A stretch of DNA of 64,000 nucleotides from Malacoraja senta (taxonomy: Eukaryota), in the NCBI GenBank assembly GCA_038087875.1, contig CM075996.1:5892001-5956000 (forward strand). Direction: 5' to 3'. A program made the position numbers and the translations under genes. This document shows positions 22,101 to 37,319 of the stretch, one piece after another. The notes under the pieces were generated by a model, which was not told the origin of the DNA, did no database searches, and worked only from the letters and a program-made list of their open reading frames with translations. Each line of letters starts with the position of its first letter. Within the stretch, counting starts at the first letter, position 1.

Positions 22101-24891
22101 ACATCTTCCCGACACGGGTCCTTTTGAGTTTTGTCTGTCATGTTTACAGGGTCTTTGGACACGGTTCTTCCCGGTCTCCCACAAGATTCGGCGTCTACTG
22201 TCTATCAATAATGTTGGAGAGATTAAAATGGTGAGGGCAGAGTTTGGCACGTGGATGCTGGGAACACCACGGCTGGTGGAGAAGGAGTTGGGTGGAGGAG
22301 TACTCTTGGACATTGGCTGCTACTGCCTACAGTTTGTCTGCATGGTGTTCAATGGCGAGAAGCCAGACTCTGTCCACGCCACAGGATTCCTCACGGAGAA
22401 AGGCAAGTGTGCAATGGACCGCTCTCCAAAGAGCAGTTCAAACCAAGCTCTCCCTTCCTCTATCCATATCGTTCTGAATCTGATAGTTTATCTGTCCACT
22501 GGGAGCAAGCTTCCTGATGCCATCTTACCTCTTGTATCGCTGCAGGTGTTGACGAAACAGTGACCATCATAATAAAGTACTCCAGAAAACGCATGGCCAT
22601 AGTAACTGTAACTATGGCATCACAGCTTCCCAACCAGGCAATCATCATTGGTACAAATGGCACAATCACGGTAACTCTCTCTACCTTTATACTGTGTACA
22701 ATACCATTCCTTGCTTTTGGATCCGTGTTGCTCTTACCCAAAACTGGCAGCTGCAACGTCTGTTGAGATTTGATGTTCTTTTCCCAAGAGATCATTAGGC
22801 TCAAAGTTCACTCTGTAGGACAGTTTTAGTCATGGGCTGGACACATGAATGCCATAGAGTGATACAGTATGGAAACAGGCTCTTCGGCCAACATGTCCCA
22901 GCTACACTAGTCCCACCTGCCAGCATTTGGTCCATATCCCTCCAAACCTGTCCTATCCACTTACCTGTCTGTTTCTTAAATGTTGGGATAATCCCTGCCT
23001 CAACTACCTCCTCTTGTTCCACACCATTTGTGTGAAAAATGTTACCCCTCAAATTCCTATTCAATCTTTCCCCTTCACCTTAAACCTATGTCCGCTGGTC
23101 CCCGATTCACCTACTCTAGGCAAGACTGAGCATCTACCTGATCTATTCCTCTCATCATCTTATACACCTCTATAAGATCACCCCTGAACCTCCTGTGCTC
23201 CAAGGTATAGAGTTCCAGCCTACTCAACCTAATTATCACTTACCAACTTGCACGCAGTCCCCAGTTTACGATCGACTGTCTTATGTACAGCCTGTTGATA
23301 CAATCAAGTGTTTGCGAGACCTGCAGGATGAATTTTCCAACTGCTGTAGGGCTGCAAGTGACTTTGTGACACCAACTGAATCTTGCAACCTTGAACCCAG
23401 GAAGAATACATTCTAGTTAACACTTTTACTTCAGAGATACAGCGCGGAAACTGGCCCACAGGGTTTTCACCGACTAACGACGCTACATTTATGAAACCAT
23501 ATACCTGCACCCCTCGTGCCCTGTTCTACAACAGTCCCCAGGGCTCTATCGTTTACCATGCAAGGCCTGTCCTGGTTTATCCTACCAAAGTGCAACAGCT
23601 CGCATTTACCTGTATCTACCACTTCTTGCCCCAGTTGATCCTGATCCCATTGTAACTGTAGATCACCCTCTTTGCAGTTCACAATACCACCAAATTTAGT
23701 GTCATCCACAAATTTGCCATCAACATTCACATTCTAATTATCAATATAAATAACAAACAATAGTGGACCCAGCTCCAATCTCTGTGGTACACAGGAAACA
23801 CAGATGAGAAATATTAATTTAACATCTCATCCAAATGGACTCATTGAACTTTCAGTGCAATTACCCCATTTAAATTGTAATTCACAAAATACTCCAGCTG
23901 TGGCCTTAGCAATGTTTCAGAGTTGTCTCAAGACCGCCATAAAATGCGAGTAGGATATGTGTAGGAAATGGGAAGGCTGTGGCCTAGCGTTTGGAGGAAG
24001 ATAGGAAAAGCAGAGTGACATATTGTGGGCAGACACACACACACAAACAAGACAAGACTTTTAGTTATATAGATGGCCAAATGGCTAGCTTACATGGGCA
24101 TCTTGGTAGGCATGGATGGGTTGGGCCAAAGGACCCGTTTCTGCTCTGTAAGACCATGAATTCAGCTTGGTCTAACCAATGTTTTATACAATGTCGGGAA
24201 TGCTACACCTTCTGCTCTGCCATTTATATTTTGTTCCAAGGTACCAGGGCACATGTGGTGTCCCACAAGCCTTATGGTCAATGGAGACAGAGAGGAGTTC
24301 CCACTGCCAACTCCATCTCAGCCCCTCAACTTCACCAACAGTACTGGCCTACGGTACGAGGCTGAGGAAGTAAGGCAGTGTCTTAAGAAAGGTAAATGAG
24401 CATCTGCCAAATACCACTTGCCAGTGCCTCTAAACATGCCGCACATCCTGTAGGATGCCCAGCACGCAAACTCTGTCCTGTCCACCATAGGGAGACATCC
24501 ATTGATTTAACAGGACACTTTTCCAGTGGTTTGAATTAAGTTGGGGGGGGGGGGAGGGGGAAGAGAAGAAGAGAGGAGGATAGGAAAAGGGGACAATATG
24601 AATCAAAGCTTCAAAATTACTGGTCTACTGAACCACCACATTATAGAGAGAACCGTGCCCATTTTTACTGAACTACCAGATTCAGATTGCGTTCCTCGAG
24701 TCGGTGCGAGTTAGTTCTCACTGCTTGTAAACGGAACCACGTGTGTAAGATATTTTGAGAGCAATTGTGTTTATGTTGCAGGACTGAAGGAGTGCCCCCA
24801 GCTGACACTGGCCGACAGCGAGCTGATCATGAGCATTCTAGACGAGGCTCGGCAGCAGATCGGGGTTGTCTACTGTCAGGATACAGCTTGA
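15740..24891 (+). CDS. DHDH: Trans-1,2-dihydrobenzene-1,2-diol dehydrogenase (dimeric dihydrodiol / D-xylose 1-dehydrogenase, Gfo/Idh/MocA family), 7 coding exons, 334 aa
   Basis: Exons 15740-15829, 17910-18021, 19229-19392, 22150-22402, 22546-22670, 24241-24391 and 24782-24891 (90+112+164+253+125+151+110=1005 nt) splice in frame: [17 protein letters not shown]...[25 protein letters not shown]...[11 protein letters not shown]...[12 protein letters not shown]...[12 protein letters not shown]...[12 protein letters not shown]...[12 protein letters not shown]. All introns are GT-AG except intron 4 (GC-AG). Confidence 0.95.
15835..16122 (+). repeat. (GA)n / (GAGACA)n microsatellite at the start of DHDH intron 1
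   Basis: Direct inspection. Confidence 0.95.
16292..16570 (+). mobile_element. CR1 LINE 3' fragment in DHDH intron 1
   Basis: CCAGAACCAGGGGCCACAGTTTAAGAATAAGG...CTATTGTCTATTG tail. Confidence 0.8.
17193..17686 (-). mobile_element. CR1 LINE 3' fragment in DHDH intron 1
   Basis: [23 protein letters not shown]...[14 protein letters not shown]. Confidence 0.85.
18278..18742 (+). mobile_element. Penelope-like element fragment: GIY-YIG endonuclease C-terminus + pseudo-LTR
   Basis: [24 protein letters not shown]...[12 protein letters not shown]...PSGMN, followed by the hammerhead-like repeat at 18703. Confidence 0.8.
19455..19655 (-). mobile_element. HE1-type SINE, 5' truncated
   Basis: Reverse complement of the V-domain/CR1-tail sequence (GGAAACTGGAGCACCCGGAGAAAACC; GATACAGCGCGGAAAC). 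Confidence 0.7.
20085..20660 (-). mobile_element. Penelope-like element reverse transcriptase fragment
   Basis: Minus strand [32 protein letters not shown] (YIDD motif). Confidence 0.8.
21048..21805 (+). mobile_element. CR1 LINE 3' fragment with nested short CR1 insert
   Basis: GAGACCACATCTGGAGTATTGTGTGCAGTTTTGGTCTCC ([13 protein letters not shown]) to the 3' UTR. Confidence 0.8.
22850..23232 (-). mobile_element. CR1 LINE 3' fragment
   Basis: Homologous to 13205-13521. Confidence 0.75.
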
Positions 24892-25099
24892 AGGCAAGAA
24901 CTCAGCAGTGTAGAATCACCAACCATACTGGGACCGGTGCGCACACAGACACCATTAAAGACAGTCACACGTCCTTCATGCAGATTCTTGTTGCAACACT
25001 ATTCTGAAGACTGCGAATCTCCTGGTAGGCAGCATTGCTTCAAAGATGTAAAGTTGTATAAAGAAATATCAAGTATGACCTGAAGATTGAATTCATCAC

Positions 25100-25105
25100 A
25101 ATAAA
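25100..25105 (+). terminator. Probable polyadenylation signal of DHDH
   Basis: AATAAA ~210 nt after the stop codon; an ATTAAA also lies near 24954. Confidence 0.5.
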
Positions 25106-25257
25106 CTGCACCAAACATGCGCACACTGCGCTGATTTGATCACCAATCACTGCATCTCACAAAGAGCTGAGGAAATCAAGAGATGGTTCCCCATCACTAC
25201 CAGCTTCTGGTGCTTCAATGAAATTCTGGGCAACATGTGGCATTTTCTCATAAAGGC

Positions 25258-25263
25258 TTTATT
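25258..25263 (-). terminator. Polyadenylation signal of RPS11
   Basis: TTTATT on + (AATAAA on -), ~27 nt after the RPS11 stop codon. Confidence 0.8.
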
Positions 25264-25289
25264 GTAGATGATTCACATTACAGCCGCCC

Positions 25290-29095
<3,806 letters not shown>

Positions 29096-29245
29096 CTCGG
29101 CCGCCGCGCGTTGACGAAAGAGAGCGAAGACAGGCCACGGGGTCGCTTAAGTGCCACTGCACGGAAGGAAATGACGCCAAGTGTGGGCGGAAGTTCTTAT
29201 TGACCTGCTGGAGTTTGGGCAGACTGGGCGCCGCCATGTTATCTG
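29096..29245 (-). promoter_or_regulatory. RPS11 promoter: 5' TOP pyrimidine initiator, ETS/GABP and YY1-like sites
   Basis: CTCTCTTTC on - at 29116-29124, CGGAAGT at 29188-29194 and GCCGCCATGTT at ~29230-29240, inside a CpG island; typical ribosomal-protein promoter elements. Confidence 0.7.
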
Positions 29246-30754
29246 CCCCCCCCCCCCGCTTCAGCGTGTGTGTGTGTCAAGTAGACCCAGCGCCATGCAG
29301 AAGACCTCCAAATAATCATCATCATCTCCAGAAAAAGAGAGAGTCCTACGGCATTATTATTTCCATTGCTGATTTGTGGGGTTTGTGAGGAAGCTGAAGG
29401 AGGTGAGAGATTCGGACACGCCTACGGATGGAGCGTGTAAGGGAAGGAACTGCTGGTTTACATCGAAGATAGACACAGAATGCTGGAGTAACTCAGCGGG
29501 ACAGGCAGCATCTCATATGGCGATGGGACACCTACAACAAAGAGACCATATCACACGGGAACAAAAACGGGATAACTCAATTACAAGCAGTTGAAAGACA
29601 AAAACTGCCGATGCAATTACAGAAAATGCTGGAAATATTTATGATGGATTTACTGATGAAAAATTGTTGAAGTGAAATTTTAACTAAATCTCTTTTGACA
29701 AATGTTACCTGACCTGCTGAGTATTTAGCATTTTCTGTTTTTATACCAGCAGTAAAGTAATTTCACTTAATTGTCCTTATCATTTTTTCCCACAGTGGGG
29801 TACAACATGGGATAGGTACAGAGTATAGCTTCTACTGCACTGCCAAAACCACTCCCACAGGAGTTACAGGATGAGTCGGTTACAGAGTAAAGCGTTCTCT
29901 GTAATGTCCCTTCAAACACTCCCATGGTAAAAAGGGCAGGTAGAACACAAAAAATGGCAGGGGGAATCACTTATTCATCCTTTGGTGCCACATAATGACC
30001 ATGAGCAGTGTCAGCATCGTGACCACTTGGAACTAGTTACAGAAAAACCTCCAGACTCCTTGTGTGCATATATGTAGTGTCAATCTCCCACGATAAATGG
30101 ATTTGATAAATGTGGTCAGATTGCCCTGGAGCTCAACAATGCTAAATATCTGCTTCCAAAGAATGAGCTCTCAGTTATCCTGTGAGTTTTAAACAAAATA
30201 CAGACGATAAACCACTTGGATTTTGAGTCGGGCTTTAGTGCAAGATCAAATACAAAGCTACTGTAAACATTAAAATTCAGCTCTCACTTAATCATTTCTT
30301 CCTGAATAACTCCAGGTCCTTTGTAATATCACACATTGTGAATCCATTCAACATGTCTGCGTTTACAACATTTTAACTGCACATTTTATTCTTTGCTTTA
30401 TTTTGTTTAAGAAAACAGCTACACATACATGAAAATGCTCATGTCAAGAGCGCCTTGACTTTCTGTTAAAGTGACATTGATATTACTGGTTAATTCAAGT
30501 TCAGCAATGGAGCAAATAGTTAAAAGATTTGGTAGTGTTTTCAGTTACATCAGTCTTCAGTTATTTCAATAAAGAAGACAGGATTAAGTATGCAACATGT
30601 GGACTCTGGCCAAATTGAAGCAAACAGTTGAACTGAGAAAAGAATCCCGTTACACCTGTAAGATTCAAACAAGGGCATTGATCAGAGAGTCCTGAAAATT
30701 AAGAAAAGTTTGCTCAGATGACTAAGGATATTCAGTATTTCTCAATTAACACAT

Positions 30755-31260
30755 CAATATTCTATAGAAAGCATCCTATCGGGATGCATCACAGCTTGGT
30801 TTGGCAACTGGTCTGCCCAAAACAAGAAATTGCAGAGAGTTGTGGACAAACTTAGTGCATCACGCAAACCAGCTTCGCCCCAATGACTATCAACACTTCA
30901 CAATGTCTCGGGAAAGCAGCCAACACAATCACATTCTGCTCACTCTCCAATCATTCCCTCTGCTCCCTTTGAGCAGACGATACAAAAGCTTAAAAGCACG
31001 TCCCACCAGTTTCAAGAACAGCTTCTTCCCTGCTATTATCAGAGTCTTGAAAGCACCTCTCATTAACTAAGGATGTGTTCCCAATCCCTCGATCTATCTT
31101 TTTACAGCTCTTAAATCCCTTCTTTTGTTGCACTTTGTATCTGTAGCACTAAATTTCTCATGGTTATTTGTATTCATGTATAGACGTTTTACTTGGATGG
31201 CACACAAAACAATGTTTTTCACTGTATCTCGGTACGTGACAATGATATAAACCAAACCAA
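30755..31260 (+). mobile_element. Rex1/Babar-type LINE 3' fragment
   Basis: IESILSGCITAWFGN and LLPLSRRYKSLKARPTSFKNSFFPAIIRVL. Confidence 0.7.
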
Positions 31261-32351
31261 TGTGTATGGATACACAAAATAAACCTGGTGTTAAGACATC
31301 ACATCCTACCACGTTGGAAATCATGGACAGGAACAAACATCTATCTTTAAATATTTTCTTAAGAATGATTTAAAGGTTGTGCACTTGACCAGGAGAACAT
31401 TCCATTCCATTCATGTACCTTGTACTGCATGGGTTCAGGTTATTTGTGGAATGGAAACTTAGTACACACAACATTGCAGAATATGTTTGCATGTACAATA
31501 GCTCCATTCAAATTCTAGCTCTTGCACTCCGTGTAAAAAGATAAACAATCCGATCAGGGTCACCACATTCCTCATCTTGCACGGACAGTCAGATTCATGT
31601 AGGTTCTCCAACAACTCCCGTGAGATGTGGCAGATTTTATAAGGTTGTATTTCGCAGTCAAACCTTAATTTCCCCACTTCCTTCAGTGCTTGATGTGGTG
31701 GCCTTCCCAGGGCTTGGGGTTGTTTGATGAAGTTCAGCAGCAGCAAAGCAAAACGTAACCTCAAGCTCCTATTCCATAACTATCTAATCGGGAATGGGCA
31801 TCATGATCAATACACCACTTGCAGACTGACACCACCAGCAAGTGTTGCAATTTACTTAAAAGATAGATGTCTGGCCAGCCAGAGGCACTGAAGACCATCC
31901 CTAACATGGGCAGCTTCACCCCACAAGCTATTGCACATTAAAAAATCCACACACTCATTACTACCAATAGTCCATAGGCAGAAGCAATTGACAATGAGCC
32001 AGCCGCATATTACTCTGAGAAAGAAAAATTATCACGTCATTAAATATTTTAAAATCCTCTTTGCGAGTTATAAACATCCAAACCTATGTAAAAATGTTCT
32101 CTAAAAAATCACTTGTTCCACAATATTACACACATGCTGTCACAAGTGGATTCCTTGCACTGAGGCACTTAAATCATCAACACACACACACACACACTCT
32201 ATAACTGCTTCACAAGCCAATGCTTATATAAACGAATTCTCTGTCACAGTCTCCACAAGTGAATTTTTCATCTCTCTATGAAAACATTTGTTCAGCTGGA
32301 TACTTGTATTCCCCCCCCCCTCCCCCCCCCCAATATGTGGACATTCCTCTT

Positions 32352-32800
32352 TGGGGTACAGTCTTGAGGTGCAGTTCCTGACTCTCTCGGGTACAGTCCC
32401 AATGGTGTTGACTCTGAGGGATAGTTTTTGTCTCTCCTGGGGGTACAGTTTTTGGAGGTGCCAACTCTCTGTGGTACAGTTCCTAAAGGTACAGAGCCTC
32501 CCTGAAGTACAATTCCATAAGGTGTTGACTCTCCCCAGAGGCAGTACCCTCTGTCCCTTTTAAATACAGATGTTTATCTCAGCAAATGTTACTGTTTTTA
32601 ATTTAAACGCTGAACACTAACATGCTCACATATAATTTTTAATCCGGAATCCGTGCCAGAGAGTGACTGGGTACTGTAATCAGGAGCTGCTAACCCTGGG
32701 CAGTGAACAGGATTAGGGATCCCCAGGCAGTGATCATGAGCTGAACTTCCAGGGCAGTGATCGGGAATGGGAATTCCTGGGGCAGTGATGTGGATCAGGA
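32352..32800 (+). repeat. Two degenerate minisatellite arrays
   Basis: Recurrent GGTACAGT/ACTCTC units (32352-32555) and ~27-bp GGGCAGTGA(T/A)C units (32695-32800). Confidence 0.55.
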
Positions 32801-35800
32801 ATCTCTGAACCATCACACCTCCGTCAGCCCATACTCTTATGGCAGTTCCATCACTGACAGCTGCCAAAAACTGCCCCAAATACACCCTCACCCTATGCTC
32901 TCCACAGTCTTTCTTGCTTCCTCCTCCTACCTTCTCTCCTTATTGGAGTCTCATCCTCCCTTTCCCAACCTAGCTTTGTTTGGAAGCATTCCAAAGCCTG
33001 TAAGATCCCAGGATCTACACTTGACTTGCAATCTCAGATTGGGAGTTGCAGTTCTCATTAAACAGTGGCAGAGGATGCTTTCTGGAGTTAAAGTTCATTG
33101 CACCCACTCCTTAATTCACCACTGGTTTAATTAGAAGGCTAGCATCAGGTTCAGTTATGACACAAGGGAGAAAATGTAGCTAGGGCAGTCCAGTAACCCT
33201 CAATTAATTCTCGTCTGAGTTTAGAACCAAGCTCAATCCAAAACCGTCTCGTCAAGGGACAGGTTTGCTTAGTTCAGAGCAGGTGGACTGGGAAAGAATA
33301 TTACTTTCTTTTCCAGTTTGTGAATGAGTAGCCCACAAGGGCTGTGCTCACTCCTTACCCAACCCCAGCCTTACTGACACCAGCATATTGATCAATGGAT
33401 GGAGATTCAGAGTAGATATCCCAACAATGAACACCAATAAACCCTGCCGTTGGATTATTTCTAAAGCTAGCGGCGCATTCACCAATTGAGAGGAGGAAGT
33501 TGGTACGATTTCTGTGGTGGGATCACATTCTGGATTCAGGATCCGAGAATCTCAGACGGACCAACAAAATGATGCACAGACTGCTAACAAATAGGGCAAG
33601 GCAGCATTAGTAGTGAAGCTATAAAACAGATCTCTGGAGGCTTTCCTCTCGAGAACTCCTGCAGCAATACATTGCTTGGCGATAAGATGCGCTCCAAGTA
33701 TACAGGCTTGTATAGCTAAAAATATGAAACATGATAGCAGTGTTCTTGACAGTATTTGGGATCCTTTTGGCGAGTGATTAGAAACAGGCACGGTATTTTT
33801 GATTTCACAGCACTGCCTGATCCTAAAGGGTCCAACACAGAGTATTCATCTCTTAATAGAATTTGGCTTCCAGAGCACATGGGCAATTGTTCCATCCCAC
33901 TATTGAACTAATCATTTTTTAATCAACAGTTAGACATGCACTTGACAGGGATCAGCAGTGACTCCACAGAGTTCAGCCACTGTTGCAGGATTGTCACATG
34001 ACGCTAGATAAGAAATCAAGCTCCACACAGGGTTCTGGCCAGCCATCCTACACGGTATGCCAAATCTGGCAAAAAGGCATGTAGTCCCATAGATCAAGAT
34101 CATCACTAGCTAAAGCAGTAAAAGGAAAGTCATTTAAACATTAAATAACACCCCCTCACCTGTGTCCACCTACAACTTGTCTTGACCCCCCCTCTCCCCT
34201 CCTCTCTCTCCCCCTTACTACAATCAATGTCCCGATCCAAAACATCACTATTCACTCACTCCACAAATGCTGCCTGACTTGTCGAGTTAATCCAACATTT
34301 TGTGTTTTGCTAAATCTTGCTGGGCTCCATATCTCACCAGCAATCTCACGGACACTCTGTTTCTACTGGAGGGAAGCTGGAAACTTGCAAGTGATAGCTT
34401 GCAATGTTGTGGCTTGCTCCAGTTGCTGGATCCAACTATAATTTAAAGATAACTACAGCATACTATGCAACAAACATAGGCAAAGATTTCTTTTTTTCCC
34501 CACAGAAAAACAAGTAGGCACAATTTTAAATTCTCTACAATGGGATGAAATTGTCCTAATTCTTGCCACAAAGGTCAATTTATGACATTCAGCTTTGTAG
34601 ATAGCACTCACTCATGTGTTTGAACAGTGACAAGCTGCTTAATTGTAATAGGATGGGAATAGAGGTGATCCTAGCTTGCCATCACATTGCTTTTTGACTG
34701 GGTCCCTGATAATTAATCTGCAGCAGAACACTGGTTGACTTTCATTGCAATCAGGATGCCAAAATGAGCAATATCAGTCTGCACAAGATCAGCTAATCTA
34801 TCGCAGCCTACAAACTCCTGTAAACCCTTGGCTGATCAATATTGCCGGTTTGTCTGAAGCTACAAAGAAGCTGTGATAAATATATATTCATGATCTATAA
34901 ATAAAATATAAAGAAAATTCTTGGCTTTCTCAAACCAGCCTCATAGCAATGCAGGTCCCAATATACCATGTCTGCATCTCCCTGTGGCCCCAGGTAGGAA
35001 ATACGGCCAGTCTCATCCGACACATTGGCTGTTCCTGGGGGAAAGGACAGAGAATCCCTTTGGGCTGCCCTGGCTTCAACATTCAATCACCATGATAGGG
35101 GACTAGGATTATCTGAGGATGAAGGCAGAATAAGGAGGGCATATCATTGAATGAAGCTCCACTTACACTGGAAGATCATCTGGAACAGTGGTGGGTGATG
35201 GAGGTTGGGGAGGGAAGGTATCCTGACACAGTGTAACCACTGTGGTATTACCGTCAGGCACAGGCAAGATAATTAATCATTACAGCAGCTTTATAAAAAA
35301 TATGACATGGGTGAGGATAGAGGCATGTCAAGCTACCAGCCTGGATTTCATGCATACAGCAATTATATCCAAGCACATGTTATTAATTTTGAAATATTTA
35401 AGTACTTCAGACAGCAGTTAAAAATATTAGGAACCGCATAGCTAAAGTAGCTGGTTGTCCAATTATCAGCTGAATAATAAAATCCATCGCAAATCAAGCC
35501 TGGAGGAGGCTGGCAATTGCAGACTATGAGTCCCTTTTGCCTCTTTAACAAAACATGATTAGACGGCTGATGAAAAACTGATCAATGAGAGTGTATCAAA
35601 TTTAAACAATATCATTAATTAGATTATTTTCAAAGGGGTTGCGACTAATCATTTCAATGCATGATATGCCGAAGATGACATGCTGGTTAGTTTACCCCCC
35701 ACATGACCTTGGATACATTATCCAATTGGGATTTTTCACACAAGGTGGACAGAGAACAAACATGGGTTGTTCAACTCATTCACTATTGTGTCTGGAATCC

Positions 35801-37319
35801 AGAATCTTTTTCTTTATTGGCTGAGCCAAAGAATATAAGAGCCAGAAAGGTCTACGTTTAGGCCACAGCAGGGGTATTTGTACAGATATTGTCACCACAC
35901 AAAAGAACGAGAGGCTGGAGAAGATATTATGAAGATATTATCAGAGCTGAAAGAATTATGATTATGAGGCAAGTGCGACTAAATTGGGTTTGTTCACTTT
36001 GGAAAAGGGGAGGCCAAATGGAGAATTGACGAAAATAAAACAGCGAAAGACCAAAATAGGTTGGATAACGAGAACCTACTCCCTTTAACAGAGTGGTAAG
36101 AAGGAGAATAGAAAATATAGGAATAGGCTGAAGGATTAAAAATAATTGCAGAAGGTAGTGAATTCACTGCATTTAAATAGCATAAACACAAAATGCCGGA
36201 GTAATAAATAGCAGTTGGCTGAGCATTCTGACCCTGTCAGTCTCAGCTGTGGAAGTTCCAGCCGTGCCACTTGATTCTCCTGGCTGGCCTTCCATGTAAA
36301 ACTGGGCCCTAACTCACACCGACTCAATTCACACTCATCTCTATGCTTGCTGACCCACGTTGGGTCCCAGTTAAGCAACGTTTCATTTAAAATTCACTTC
36401 TGGGTTTAAAAATCCCAGTTTTCATTCCTTTTAAATCCCATTCCCTCAAGAGATTTCTCTGCTCCGCCAGTTCTGTCCCTCTGATCATCCCTAAATTTAA
36501 TTGCTCCTCTTCCAGTAACTATGACTTCAGCTGCCAAAGTCTTAAGCTCTGGAATGTTCTCCCTAAATCATTTTTTGGCTTCTCTCTCCTCCTTTACGAT
36601 GCTTTGTTGACCAAGCCTTTGGTCATTTGTAGCAAAATTTGCGTACGTGGCTAAGGTATCAGTTTCTGTTTAAAAACACTCCTGTGAGACACCCTAGGAT
36701 ATTTTGCTCCAATGAAGGCACTATATAAAGGCAATATGCTTTTGTATTGTAATAATACAGAACTCCGGGGCAATGTTTTGTGATACACGGATCGGCTGGG
36801 TAGCCCTTTATCCCTCTGTATAGGAGATGATGGGTTGAATAGCCTTTTTTAGTGACTATTTCTATTAACTGTTCTGGGGCATCACGGCCAAGGCAATCTC
36901 ATCAGAACATCTACTATTGGCTAGTGCACTCTGTCGGATGTTCCTCTTTCTGACTGGTGGATGTGGACGGTGGCTCAGATTAGTTACCTGAACAGAGACC
37001 CAGGAGCTGGGTCTTTCCTGCTCTGTGGTGCCAGAGTGTGATCCTGGCTGATGCAGCCACTCCGAGCCAGGTTTGACAACTACTTGCAGGGTTTGGAGGA
37101 AGTTCAGCGGTGGGGCGTGGAAAACGGAGGAAGGTTAAGCTGTTCCCACCTTTATGGTGGCTACCTCTACCTCATATTGTGTTCACTCAAAAGCTGGTAC
37201 ATATTCCTGGCTAAACACTCGTTGGTGCGTGGGGGGCTTGGGTTTGCAGAGTACGTCGATCTTCCCCAGGCAGAACTGGTGTGGGGCTTGTACGGCTCGG
37301 GCTCAGTGCACCCGGCAGT

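Noticed and set aside
24900..25250. miR-150, which lies next to RPS11 in mammals
   Set aside because: No TCTCCCAA(C/T)CCTTGTACCAGTG-like sequence seen on either strand
32352..32800. Repeat-spacer-like pattern
   Set aside because: Degenerate eukaryotic minisatellite; no constant repeat, unique spacers or cas genes, so not CRISPR
37167..37319. 50 open codons after the ZBTB45 TAA (TAGCTEPEPY...), vaguely like the ZBTB20 linker before finger 5
   Set aside because: TAA-A is not a readthrough context, no C2H2 pattern follows, and this length is plausible by chance in GC-rich DNA
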